From positions 13,446 to 77,445 of the forward strand of contig JBDNIV010000017.1 of assembly GCA_041688145.1 (NCBI GenBank): DNA of 64,000 nucleotides, read 5' to 3'. This document shows, piece after piece, positions 18,765 to 26,921 of the stretch. The translations under genes were made by a program, and so were the position numbers. Origin of the DNA: Chlamydiia bacterium. GTDB lineage: Bacteria; Chlamydiota; Chlamydiia; Chlamydiales; JAAKFQ01. Every line of letters starts with the position of its first letter. Positions within the stretch are counted from its first letter, which is position 1. Under the pieces are notes generated by a model that worked only from the letters and a program-made list of their open reading frames with translations, made no database searches and was not told the origin of the DNA.

Positions 18765-20076
18765 GCATCCACTCGTAAAGAGCTACGCTCTCTAAGAACT
18801 CTTCTGCAGGTATGAATCCGACTACAAAAATTACAAGCGTAGCGAGCATTCCAGCAAGAGCAGCTATCCAGGCTCCTATGTTTTTGCAAGGCACATGATA
18901 ACCTCCTTCAGGCAAAGGGCGCGTGTAGCGCAGGCGAAGAGCACTTGCAAAAAGAAGAAAATACATCACCATATAGGCCTGCGTAGCAAGGACAGTCAGC
19001 AGAATAAAAACGCTACTAATTGAGGGCATAAAAAGAAATAGAAGGCTTAAGAAAGTCACAATTATAGCTTGTAAAATCATTACATTCTTAGGCATGCCCT
19101 GAGCGTTTTTCTTATAAAAAACAGCAGGTAAATGACCCTCTTTTACAGCTACAAGAATCCCTCGGCTAGGGCCTATAATCCATGTGCTAACCCCTGTAAT
19201 CACTCCAAGTATAATAAGCAGAGATATAGGCGTCACAAGGTAGCCGAGTCCATAAGCACTAAAAAAAAGATCAAAGGCTTGCACAACCCCTGTAGTCAGG
19301 CTCATTTGCCCCATAGGAATAACAAAAGCGATTGAAAGGGCACCTAAGGTGTAGATCAAAAAAATGACGACCATCGATATAAATATCGCTTTAGGGTACG
19401 TCTTTTTTGGGTTAACCACATCTGCAGCATGAACCTCAGACATTTCCATCCCAACATATGAAAGAGCGATAGCGCACAAAAGAGCTAAGCTGTGAATGCT
19501 TTTAAAATGAGGCATAATGTGAGACAGACCCACGCTTATTTGCAAAGGCTTGCCTTGAGCCCACCACGCCATACCAAGCGTTACGATAAGAACCGTAGGC
19601 ACAAACGTACCTAAAATAACTCCTGTTGTACTGATTTTGCTTGAAAGCTCAACCCCTCTAAGGTTTAAAAGCGTACATCCCCAAAAAATAAAAAGGACAA
19701 TACCTAGCATAATCCAAGAGTTTTCTGCCCACGAAGGATCTATCAAGGAAAGGAAAGTAGCTCCTACAAAGGTCAAAATAGTGGGATACCAAATCACATT
19801 CCCAAGCCACTGGAGCCATATAGCCAAAAAGCCCATGCGCACTCCAAAGGCCTCTTTGACCCAGAGGTAGATTCCCCCTTCTTTATTAGGATATCTAGAA
19901 ACAAGCTCTGCTGAAAATAAAGCAATAGGCACAAAGAAAAAAAGGGCTGCTAAGCCTAAATAAAATATCAGACTAAAGCCATGCACTGCTGCAATAGGCA
20001 AGTTTCTAAGGCTTGCAATCGCAGCAACATTGATCATAGTAAGAGCAAAAGCTCCTAGCGTTTTTTTCTTAGACAT
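18685..20076 (-). CDS. APC-family amino acid permease/antiporter
   Basis: 12-TM profile. The N-terminus ALTMINVAAIASLRNLP...GGIYLWVKEAFG is typical of the GadC/YjeM-like APC branch. Confidence 0.85.
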   Translation of the reverse strand: MSKKKTLGAFALTMINVAAIASLRNLPIAAVHGFSLIFYLGLAALFFFVPIALFSAELVSRYPNKEGGIYLWVKEAFGVRMGFLAIWLQWLGNVIWYPTILTFVGATFLSLIDPSWAENSWIMLGIVLFIFWGCTLLNLRGVELSSKISTTGVILGTFVPTVLIVTLGMAWWAQGKPLQISVGLSHIMPHFKSIHSLALLCAIALSYVGMEMSEVHAADVVNPKKTYPKAIFISMVVIFLIYTLGALSIAFVIPMGQMSLTTGVVQAFDLFFSAYGLGYLVTPISLLIILGVITGVSTWIIGPSRGILVAVKEGHLPAVFYKKNAQGMPKNVMILQAIIVTFLSLLFLFMPSISSVFILLTVLATQAYMVMYFLLFASALRLRYTRPLPEGGYHVPCKNIGAWIAALAGMLATLVIFVVGFIPAEEFLESVALYEWMLILGLIVGCVLPFWLVKLPFGRKNQA

Positions 20077-20722
20077 CTTGAGAAATCTCTTGGACGGGCT
20101 CTTCTTTTAGCTGAATTTCTTCTGAACAGGTTTGCTCAAGCTCTTTAGCTTCATCTAAAGCAGCCTCGAAATTAGCTAAAGTTAATTCAAAAGCGGTGAT
20201 TAAACCTAGAGCCTCTTTTTCCTCTGCTTTATCTTCGATTTTCTGAACCATTTCTTTTGCTTTACCTAGATGGATTTTAGCAACTTCTAAGTCTTGAGCT
20301 AGTTGCTCACTTGCATATTCCAATTGGCTTTTTACTGTAATAAGCGACGGCTGTATACATGCACTTTCGCAAGAACCTACTTGAGCCTCTTCTGCACTTG
20401 TTAATTCTTCATTCTCATTGGTTTGAATGTTTTGCTCTACAGAATTGGTGTTATCAGAATCTTCTACTTGCTGATGAACTGGAATAGTTCCTGGAGGCCA
20501 TACTATATCACCCGCAATAGGGCTTTTAATTGTTTCTTCTATATCAGTAGGTCCTTCAGCATCTGTGTTTTGAGCTTCTTGAAGCTCAACTTTTTCAACA
20601 ATTTCTTGAGCAGATTTATCTGCTACTTTAGCAGCTTCTGTTTCAACGATTTCCTCTTCTGGGTTAAACCAGCTGTTATAGTAGTCAGAAGCTGATGTTT
20701 TTAATCCTGATAAAGTGTCCAA
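20069..20722 (-). CDS. Hypothetical acidic protein
   Basis: E/D/Q-rich 217-aa ORF with a TTG start. Its stop overlaps the permease start by 8 nt, which suggests one operon. No motif recognised. Confidence 0.45.
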   Translation of the reverse strand: MDTLSGLKTSASDYYNSWFNPEEEIVETEAAKVADKSAQEIVEKVELQEAQNTDAEGPTDIEETIKSPIAGDIVWPPGTIPVHQQVEDSDNTNSVEQNIQTNENEELTSAEEAQVGSCESACIQPSLITVKSQLEYASEQLAQDLEVAKIHLGKAKEMVQKIEDKAEEKEALGLITAFELTLANFEAALDEAKELEQTCSEEIQLKEEPVQEISQDV

Positions 20723-20861
20723 AATGGTAATAAGAATCTCCTAAAGTATCTGTTGATAAAAGGGTGAGTCTACATGAGAAGTGCATTTTACTTTAAGAGA
20801 AGATATGAAAATTCTTCCGAATCTAAACATGTGTTAGGAAAAGCTCGCGTGATTACAGGCT

Positions 20862-21749
20862 TTATTTAAGGCTGGTCTCGTCCAGCAAATCATCTGTAGG
20901 TTTGTCCTCACGTTTAGATAGCACAAAAACACTAGAGCCGCCAAGCATAACAAGCCCCATTCCAATCCACCCTAAAACACTGGGTACATGCCCCCAAACT
21001 AAAAAACCGACAAGACCTGCCATAAGCACACCTGCATAGTTGAAAGGCCCGAGCCATGAAGCGCTTGCATATTCGAAAGCTTTTGTGAAGAAATAAAGTT
21101 CTACGGCAAACAGTGTCCCTGATAAAGCTCCATTTAAGAGAAGCTTCAAACTAATGGGCTCATAAGTCCAAGGAAGCATAAGAGCTAAGACTAAAAATCC
21201 TGCTAAGATAAGAAAAAAAGAGAGTATTAAAGGGTGGTTGTCTTTTACGAGCTTACGACAAATCACCATGCTAAATGCTGAAGCCATTGCACCAGAAAGG
21301 CCTAAACAAGCCCCGACTAATGACAATCCCCCACTCGGATTTAAAACTAAAACAACTCCCGAAAAGCCAATAAATATTGCCATCCAAAGAGGCCATGATA
21401 GCTTTTCTTTAAGCCAGACAAGGCTAATAAGAGGCACAAATAGAGGGGCTGTATTTAAAAGAAGCGAGACGCGGACTATCGGCATTTTACTAGTCGCTAC
21501 AAAAATTCCAATCGTTGTAAAAAGCCCGAGTAAAATACGGACTAAAAGAAGGCCTTTGCCTTTAATTTTCCACCGGTCTCGATTTAACCTTAAACACAAA
21601 AAGCCCGTCACTGCCCCAGCAAAGAAAAAATGGCATAAAAGCACTTCCATCATCCCTGCAAAAGCAAAGGATGCCTTGATGATCGAGAACATCGGAGCGC
21701 TTAAAGCACATGCTAAAAGCATACTAATCACGGCTTTTTTAAGCTGCAT
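20862..21749 (-). CDS. DMT superfamily (EamA-type) transporter
   Basis: 10-TM profile of typical size (295 aa). Confidence 0.8.
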   Translation of the reverse strand: MQLKKAVISMLLACALSAPMFSIIKASFAFAGMMEVLLCHFFFAGAVTGFLCLRLNRDRWKIKGKGLLLVRILLGLFTTIGIFVATSKMPIVRVSLLLNTAPLFVPLISLVWLKEKLSWPLWMAIFIGFSGVVLVLNPSGGLSLVGACLGLSGAMASAFSMVICRKLVKDNHPLILSFFLILAGFLVLALMLPWTYEPISLKLLLNGALSGTLFAVELYFFTKAFEYASASWLGPFNYAGVLMAGLVGFLVWGHVPSVLGWIGMGLVMLGGSSVFVLSKREDKPTDDLLDETSLK

Positions 21750-21820
21750 TACAACAGAGTCCTAGTTTTATTAAAGCCTCTATTATAACATGAAAATAAC
21801 TTGATTTTCCACCTGAAACT

Positions 21821-22423
21821 ATGCATGACCCTAATAACAAGCCCGAATCTCACTTAAGTCCCGTAGAAAGAAGGGCTTATAAAGAAAAAAATGCACCTAA
21901 GCAGACTCGCTGGCATCTAAGAGATGGTTGGATACACCTCAAAGAGGACCTAGTCGATATCCAGGATGAAGGGGGAGAAAAGCACACCCATAAGAAGTAC
22001 GTGGTGCTTCACTGTGGAGGTGTAGGAGTCTTACCCTTTATAGATCCAAAGACGGTGCTGCTTGTGAAGCAATACCGCTATCCTATTGATGAGATTTTAC
22101 TCGAAGTGCCTGCTGGCCGTATAGATGAAGGTGAAGACCCTCTAGAAGCGGCCCAAAGAGAGCTTCAGGAAGAGACCCATTATAAAGCTCAAAAAATTGA
22201 ACCTTTAGGCACACTTTACCCCTCCCCTGGTTTTTGCACTGAAAAAGTTTATGTCTACGCAGCACATAATCTTACAAGAAGCCCACTTCCAAAAGACTTA
22301 GGTGAAGTCATAGAACTCATAGCGCTTCCCTTTACAAAAGCTTTAGAGAAAGTAAAAAATGGAGAGATCAATGATGCAAAAACAGCTTTTGCCCTTTTGC
22401 AATATGCTACTCTTTTCCCTTAG
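21821..22423 (+). CDS. NUDIX hydrolase (ADP-ribose pyrophosphatase-like)
   Basis: Nudix box GRIDEGEDPLEAAQRELQEETHY. Confidence 0.85.
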   Translation: MHDPNNKPESHLSPVERRAYKEKNAPKQTRWHLRDGWIHLKEDLVDIQDEGGEKHTHKKYVVLHCGGVGVLPFIDPKTVLLVKQYRYPIDEILLEVPAGRIDEGEDPLEAAQRELQEETHYKAQKIEPLGTLYPSPGFCTEKVYVYAAHNLTRSPLPKDLGEVIELIALPFTKALEKVKNGEINDAKTAFALLQYATLFP

Positions 22424-23150
22424 ACTCTTCTTCGAAAAAGCGGATAATAGCTTTCTTTTTCACAATAGGCTTAATTGAAATAGGCGCCCTTCTGCCTACA
22501 GACTCTGGTAAGGTGATTTCAATGGTTGGTTCTAAAGATTCAAAGTTAACAGTACTTTGAGCTCTTGATGAGCCCTTGTTGGCTATTTTTTGTGCATAGG
22601 GAAAAACAAGATGCTGCGTTTTTTTACAAGTTGGCTTTGCCTTAGGAAAGAAAATATTTTTTGGTTTAGCCATACATAAGCCACCCATAATAAGCTCTTC
22701 ACCTTCATAGGCATCTTCATCTACAAGCACTCTGCAATCTGAGCGTAATGCCTCTACTGAAGCTTCTAAAGTAAGCTCTGATCTCTTTTGGCAATCTTTT
22801 TGAAAACGGTTATGGTAACAGTTAATAAGGCTTTTAATGCCTTTTGTGATTTTTCGAGTAAGGCTTTTTTTCAAAATAGCCATGCCCTTTTGAAAGCGCT
22901 TATCTGGAAAGGGAATAATAAGAGATCTATTTTTAAGTCTTAAGGCTACAGCCTCTAAAGATAGCCCCTCCAGGGAAATCACTTTCCAGCCTAATGCTTT
23001 AAGTTCTTCCAAAGCTTTTGGATATCTCGGCTCAATAAAGACAAGCGTATGGCTTTTTTTATCTAAAATAGACTCAACTCCCTGAAAAAGAGGCTGCTGT
23101 CCCTCAAAGAAAAGTATTGTCGCTCTCATGTTTAAGGCCTTAAAAGTCAT
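22407..23150 (-). CDS. Hypothetical protein
   Basis: 247-aa ORF with no recognised motif. Converges on the NUDIX gene with a 17-nt overlap. Confidence 0.5.
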   Translation of the reverse strand: MTFKALNMRATILFFEGQQPLFQGVESILDKKSHTLVFIEPRYPKALEELKALGWKVISLEGLSLEAVALRLKNRSLIIPFPDKRFQKGMAILKKSLTRKITKGIKSLINCYHNRFQKDCQKRSELTLEASVEALRSDCRVLVDEDAYEGEELIMGGLCMAKPKNIFFPKAKPTCKKTQHLVFPYAQKIANKGSSRAQSTVNFESLEPTIEITLPESVGRRAPISIKPIVKKKAIIRFFEEESKGKE

Positions 23151-23333
23151 TTAACTCTCGAGGTTAGCATAAGGCCCATCAACCGACAAGATGGAAATGT
23201 ATTAAAAAAAAGATTCTAGATTTGATGCCCTAATTATCAAAATGCTTTTAACGCTATTTCTTCTCTTAAATCAGTGCGATATTTAAATTAAAAGAAAAAT
23301 TGGTATTGATATTTTTGATTTCATCAAAATATA

Positions 23334-23345
23334 GTCTCTATAGAC
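23334..23345. promoter_or_regulatory. Near-palindrome GTCTCTATAGAC overlapping the candidate -10 of paralog A (operator-like)
   Basis: Read directly from the sequence. A counterpart sits at the same relative position upstream of paralog B. Confidence 0.45.
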
Positions 23346-23380
23346 ATTGAAAAAAACCAACAAAATGGAGCTCTTTTCTT

Positions 23381-23713
23381 ATGACCGCATCTTTTCATCC
23401 TACAATTGCTATAGCAAGTGCCCCTGAAGTACACGAGCGGCTACTTGCGCACGGAAGCAGCAACCAATTCCCCAAGCTCCTTGCTACTGCCGCTCAAGCT
23501 AGGGATGAGGGAAAATCTTTTTTTGAGCTAGCGCCTTTGCTCATAAAAGAACAATATAGCGTGGAAAAAGCTACTCTTAGTCAGATTTCTCCAAAAGAAG
23601 CTATCGTAGACCTTGTTGCACGTTTTGCTCAGAGTTTTCCTGAGAGCTCTACTGAAATAAGAGCTTTACTTAGAGCACTTTATGACTCTTGTGTAGCTGA
23701 CATGTCAACTTAG
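23381..23713 (+). CDS. Small hypothetical protein, paralog A of a tandem pair
   Basis: Shares HPTIAIA..V.E.LL...FPKLL..A..AR....SFF.LA with the next ORF. A candidate promoter (TTGATA, 18-nt spacer, TATAGT) lies at 23306-23335. Confidence 0.55.
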   Translation: MTASFHPTIAIASAPEVHERLLAHGSSNQFPKLLATAAQARDEGKSFFELAPLLIKEQYSVEKATLSQISPKEAIVDLVARFAQSFPESSTEIRALLRALYDSCVADMST

Positions 23714-23790
23714 TTTAGGCGTTTTCAATTTTAGACTGCTTTATATCAAGAATCTTTTAGTATTGAAATATTTTTAATCCTCATATCGCA

Positions 23791-23802
23791 GTCTATATAG
23801 AC
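23791..23802. promoter_or_regulatory. Perfect 12-bp palindrome GTCTATATAGAC upstream of paralog B (operator-like)
   Basis: Read directly from the sequence. The flanking upstream DNA (GTATTGA.ATATTTTT.AT..) is also conserved with the copy at 23303-23345. Confidence 0.45.
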
Positions 23803-23814
23803 TTAATATTAAAC

Positions 23815-24192
23815 TTGAAACAAGGACTTATTCTTATCACATCACGCCTTACTTATCCTGAAATTGCTATAGCACATCCCTCTAAAGTAACTGAAAATTT
23901 ACTCAAGCAAACAGGCTTCGCTTGCTTTCCCAAGCTCTTAGTTGAGGCGGATAAAGCCCGAAATAAAGAATTATCTTTTTTCCCCCTAGCGCTCGAGCTT
24001 ATGATTGCACATCAGACTAAAGAAAAAGACCTTTTGCAACAGGGAAAAATAACGACTCTTTCTCAAAAAGATACTGTACTAAAAATTGTAGCCTGTTTTG
24101 CCGATGACCTTACCAGTGAATCGAAAGAAAAAATGCGTTGTCTTGAGGAGATCTGGACAGCTTATCAAAAAATTAAGCACGGGATGTACTAA
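23815..24192 (+). CDS. Small hypothetical protein, paralog B of a tandem pair
   Basis: YPEIAIA..V.E.LL...FPKLL..A.KAR...LSFF.LA and TLSQKD..L.IVA.FA align with paralog A. The start is TTG and uncertain. Confidence 0.5.
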   Translation: MKQGLILITSRLTYPEIAIAHPSKVTENLLKQTGFACFPKLLVEADKARNKELSFFPLALELMIAHQTKEKDLLQQGKITTLSQKDTVLKIVACFADDLTSESKEKMRCLEEIWTAYQKIKHGMY

Positions 24193-24311
24193 ACAAAAAT
24201 TCATCTAATTGCTTGCTTCTTACACACAGATAAAAACCTAGCTTCATGTTTAGTTTCAATCGTTTTATGCATGTACAAAATTAGGCTTGCTTCCGGGCTT
24301 TAGACTTAGGC

Positions 24312-24572
24312 TTAGATTGCTTCAACTAGAGGCACTATAGTATCAGGATACCCCTCTAAACGTAAAACTTGATTGATCATCTGTTCCATTGTGTTGAACC
24401 TCGTGATCAGCTCATGCTCAGAAATATGACCTTTTTGGTAATACTTGACTAAGTACCTAAAATAATCAATTAGGCGATCGGGCAAAAAGGTAGTTTCTGT
24501 GAGCATCCCAAATTCTACGATCTGTTCTTTTGCCTCACGAATAAGGCGCTGCTTATAGATATCTTGTTCCAT
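24312..24572 (-). CDS. Small hypothetical protein (86 aa)
   Basis: ORF with protein-like composition and no recognised motif. Confidence 0.45.
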   Translation of the reverse strand: MEQDIYKQRLIREAKEQIVEFGMLTETTFLPDRLIDYFRYLVKYYQKGHISEHELITRFNTMEQMINQVLRLEGYPDTIVPLVEAI

Positions 24573-24610
24573 ACCTTTTTATTAACATTAATAACATTTA
24601 ATTAACAAAT

Positions 24611-24654
24611 TAAATTCAATTTGATTTAATTTAAAACAAATCAAATTGAATTTA
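24611..24654. repeat. Perfect 17-bp inverted repeat TAAATTCAATTTGATTT / AAATCAAATTGAATTTA with a 10-nt spacer
   Basis: Read directly from the sequence. It lies 14 nt downstream of the lgt stop and upstream of the 86-aa ORF. The stem is entirely A/T. Confidence 0.7.
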
Positions 24655-24667
24655 GAACGAAAGAAGT

Positions 24668-25588
24668 CTAAGAGCTTTTCTGAGCGCGTTTTAGAGGATC
24701 TTTAGCAAAAGCATAGATCATAAGTCCAAGGCCCAATGCTACAAAAGGGAGGCTTAACCAAGCTCCCATATTGAGAGAACTGTCAATAACAAAGCTTTGT
24801 TCGACTTTTAAGTCCTCTATCCAAAAGCGGAAAGCAAAAACTGAAGCAATAAAAGCTCCAGCCAAAGCCCCTGAATGAAATCGCTTAAATGTTTTTCTTA
24901 ATAAAGGGACTAGAAGAAACAAGCTTAAAAAGAAAAGAGCTTCATAAAGCTGAACAGGATGGCGAGCTATAGGGAAGCTGCCATCAATAGGTCTTTGAAA
25001 AACAACTGCCCACGGCAAATCACTAGCTCTGCCCAAAACCTCTTGGTTGATAAAGTTTCCACAGCGAATGAATACTCCCATAACAGCTGCTGCTGGGACA
25101 AACATATCCAAAAGAGTTAACATGCTTATTTTAGAAAAAAGCTTTTTATGCACTGTGAGTAAAGCAAAAAGAGCAATAAGTGCACCGATTACACCTCCAT
25201 GACTCGCTAAGCCCCCCTCCCAAGTGCTAAAAAGAGAAAAAGGCCTTTGTAAAAAAGCAGGGAAATCATAGAAAAAGACGTGGAATAGACGAGCCCCAAG
25301 CACAACGCCAATTACTACCCAAAGCGAGAGCTTGTCAATCATTTTAGAAGCTAAGCTATAAGCTTCTTTTTTCTCTATAAGCCTTTTTCCCACTGTATTT
25401 ATCTGCCGATCAGGCTGATTATCGCTTCCCTCTCGCTCTCGTATAAGGTGCTTTTTCAGCTGCTTTAAAACGATTCTATAGGCGAAAAAAAAGGCTAAAG
25501 CGAATAGAATTCCGTACCAAAAGACAGGTCTGCCTAAGTAAGGAATGGTAAAGGCTACCGGATCTGGATTCCAAATAAAAGGGTTCAT
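24668..25588 (-). CDS. lgt: Prolipoprotein diacylglyceryl transferase
   Basis: MNPFIWNPDPVAFTIPYLGRPVFWYGILFALAF aligns with the E. coli Lgt N-terminus. HGG and RHPVQLYEA motifs are present. The track start (25654) would overlap rlmH by 66 nt. Confidence 0.9.
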   Translation of the reverse strand: MNPFIWNPDPVAFTIPYLGRPVFWYGILFALAFFFAYRIVLKQLKKHLIREREGSDNQPDRQINTVGKRLIEKKEAYSLASKMIDKLSLWVVIGVVLGARLFHVFFYDFPAFLQRPFSLFSTWEGGLASHGGVIGALIALFALLTVHKKLFSKISMLTLLDMFVPAAAVMGVFIRCGNFINQEVLGRASDLPWAVVFQRPIDGSFPIARHPVQLYEALFFLSLFLLVPLLRKTFKRFHSGALAGAFIASVFAFRFWIEDLKVEQSFVIDSSLNMGAWLSLPFVALGLGLMIYAFAKDPLKRAQKSS

Positions 25589-26008
25589 ATGAGAGTCAAA
25601 ATCCTTGCTTCTGGCAAAAAGCCAGATGCGTGTTATCAAAAGCTTCTGGCTCATTATACCAAATGCCTATCCTCCTCAGCAACCCTTGAGATTGAATACC
25701 TCAAAAATAAAGAGGCTATTGAAAAAGCCCTTAAAAAAGAGCCAAAAGCTATCTGCCTAGATGCTAAGGGTCAAGTCTTTGATAGTAAGGAATTTTCGGA
25801 AAATCTCATCCGAGAAATAGAGTCCAGAGGAGCCCATATTACGCTCGCTATTGGTCCAGCTGAAGGCTTTGGTGATGAGGTGAAAAAGAGCCATACGCTC
25901 TGGAGTCTCTCTACACTCACCCTTCCTCACCATATGGCTCTACTGATACTCACTGAGCAAGTTTATAGAGCGTTTGAAATTAAAAAAGGATCTAGCTATG
26001 ATAAGTAA
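25589..26008 (+). CDS. rlmH: 23S rRNA (pseudouridine1915-N3)-methyltransferase RlmH (SPOUT)
   Basis: MRVKILASGKK...IGPAEGF...WSLSTLTLPHHMALLILTEQVYRA aligns with E. coli RlmH along its whole length. Confidence 0.88.
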   Translation: MRVKILASGKKPDACYQKLLAHYTKCLSSSATLEIEYLKNKEAIEKALKKEPKAICLDAKGQVFDSKEFSENLIREIESRGAHITLAIGPAEGFGDEVKKSHTLWSLSTLTLPHHMALLILTEQVYRAFEIKKGSSYDK

Positions 26009-26056
26009 GCTATTTTTGGAAATCGAATATGCAAGGTATAAATTAAGGAGCACTTT

Positions 26057-26407
26057 ATGGCTAACTCTTGTGTAGAAGCCTATTTTAAGCCGATTGTCCC
26101 AGACATTGGCGGCAAGATTGTATCAACTGAGATATCTCCAGTTAAGAATTATACCCCTCGTTTTTATGAAGGTGACGGTAGAATCAAAACTTACTGGGCA
26201 GTTATGGTTACTTGTCAGTTAGACGATGCAAGTCAAGCTCATAAAGTTCATAAATTTGATATCCAACTAGAATTCCCCAAGGATAGTTCAGATGATACCA
26301 TTACCACTCAATCTAAAGAAATCATTCAAAGATATATCAGGTCAATCAATGACGTTGCTTTGTTTCAGCTATCAGCTTTTACAGCTCGCCTTGAGCATTC
26401 AAAATAA
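26057..26407 (+). CDS. Hypothetical protein (116 aa)
   Basis: ORF preceded by AAGGAG. No recognised motif. Confidence 0.45.
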   Translation: MANSCVEAYFKPIVPDIGGKIVSTEISPVKNYTPRFYEGDGRIKTYWAVMVTCQLDDASQAHKVHKFDIQLEFPKDSSDDTITTQSKEIIQRYIRSINDVALFQLSAFTARLEHSK

Positions 26408-26408
26408 T

Positions 26409-26921
26409 CTAACTAGGTAAATGCGTCTTTAAAGCCTGAGAGAACTTTAAAAATACAAAACCTCCATTAAAAAAAGAAAGGCCCAACGAAACTCCTAGTG
26501 CATAAGCGCAATCTACCCATGGCATAAGAGCAATAAAGAGTCCTATGGCTATAGGGGCTATTAGTAATGCTATAAAAAGACGCGTATGAGGCCTTTCGTG
26601 CATCAAAAGAAACACAAGTGCTTTTGCACACGGCATCCAAATAAATCGGGTGATCAAAAAACCTAATGCCATCCATATAAGGAGCAAAGCCAGAATTGCA
26701 AGCTCGGGGGTTATTAGCTTAGCTAAAAAAGGTAACCAGACGAGCTTGGCCTCCCCTATTGTAGAATTGCCAGCTAAAAGAGCCTTAGAAATGGAAAAAC
26801 TCTCCATAGCAAAATGGACACCTAAAGCGAGTAAGCCGAATCCAAGCGCCATCCATAAAAGGCTTAAATGGAAAATCTTTTTAGAGGGCATCTTTATCCC
26901 AATAGTATAAACGTCAAGCAA
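26409..26921 (-). CDS. Hypothetical integral membrane protein
   Basis: Four to five TM segments. Its start overlaps the mgtE stop by 28 nt, so the two are probably co-transcribed. Confidence 0.5.
   Translation of the reverse strand: MLDVYTIGIKMPSKKIFHLSLLWMALGFGLLALGVHFAMESFSISKALLAGNSTIGEAKLVWLPFLAKLITPELAILALLLIWMALGFLITRFIWMPCAKALVFLLMHERPHTRLFIALLIAPIAIGLFIALMPWVDCAYALGVSLGLSFFNGGFVFLKFSQALKTHLPS

Noticed and set aside
21238-21765. 175-aa + strand ORF fully antisense to the DMT transporter gene 20862..21749
   Set aside because: Its K/R/T/P-rich sequence is what the antisense of hydrophobic TM codons produces. There is no SD. The transporter frame has a coherent 10-TM profile.
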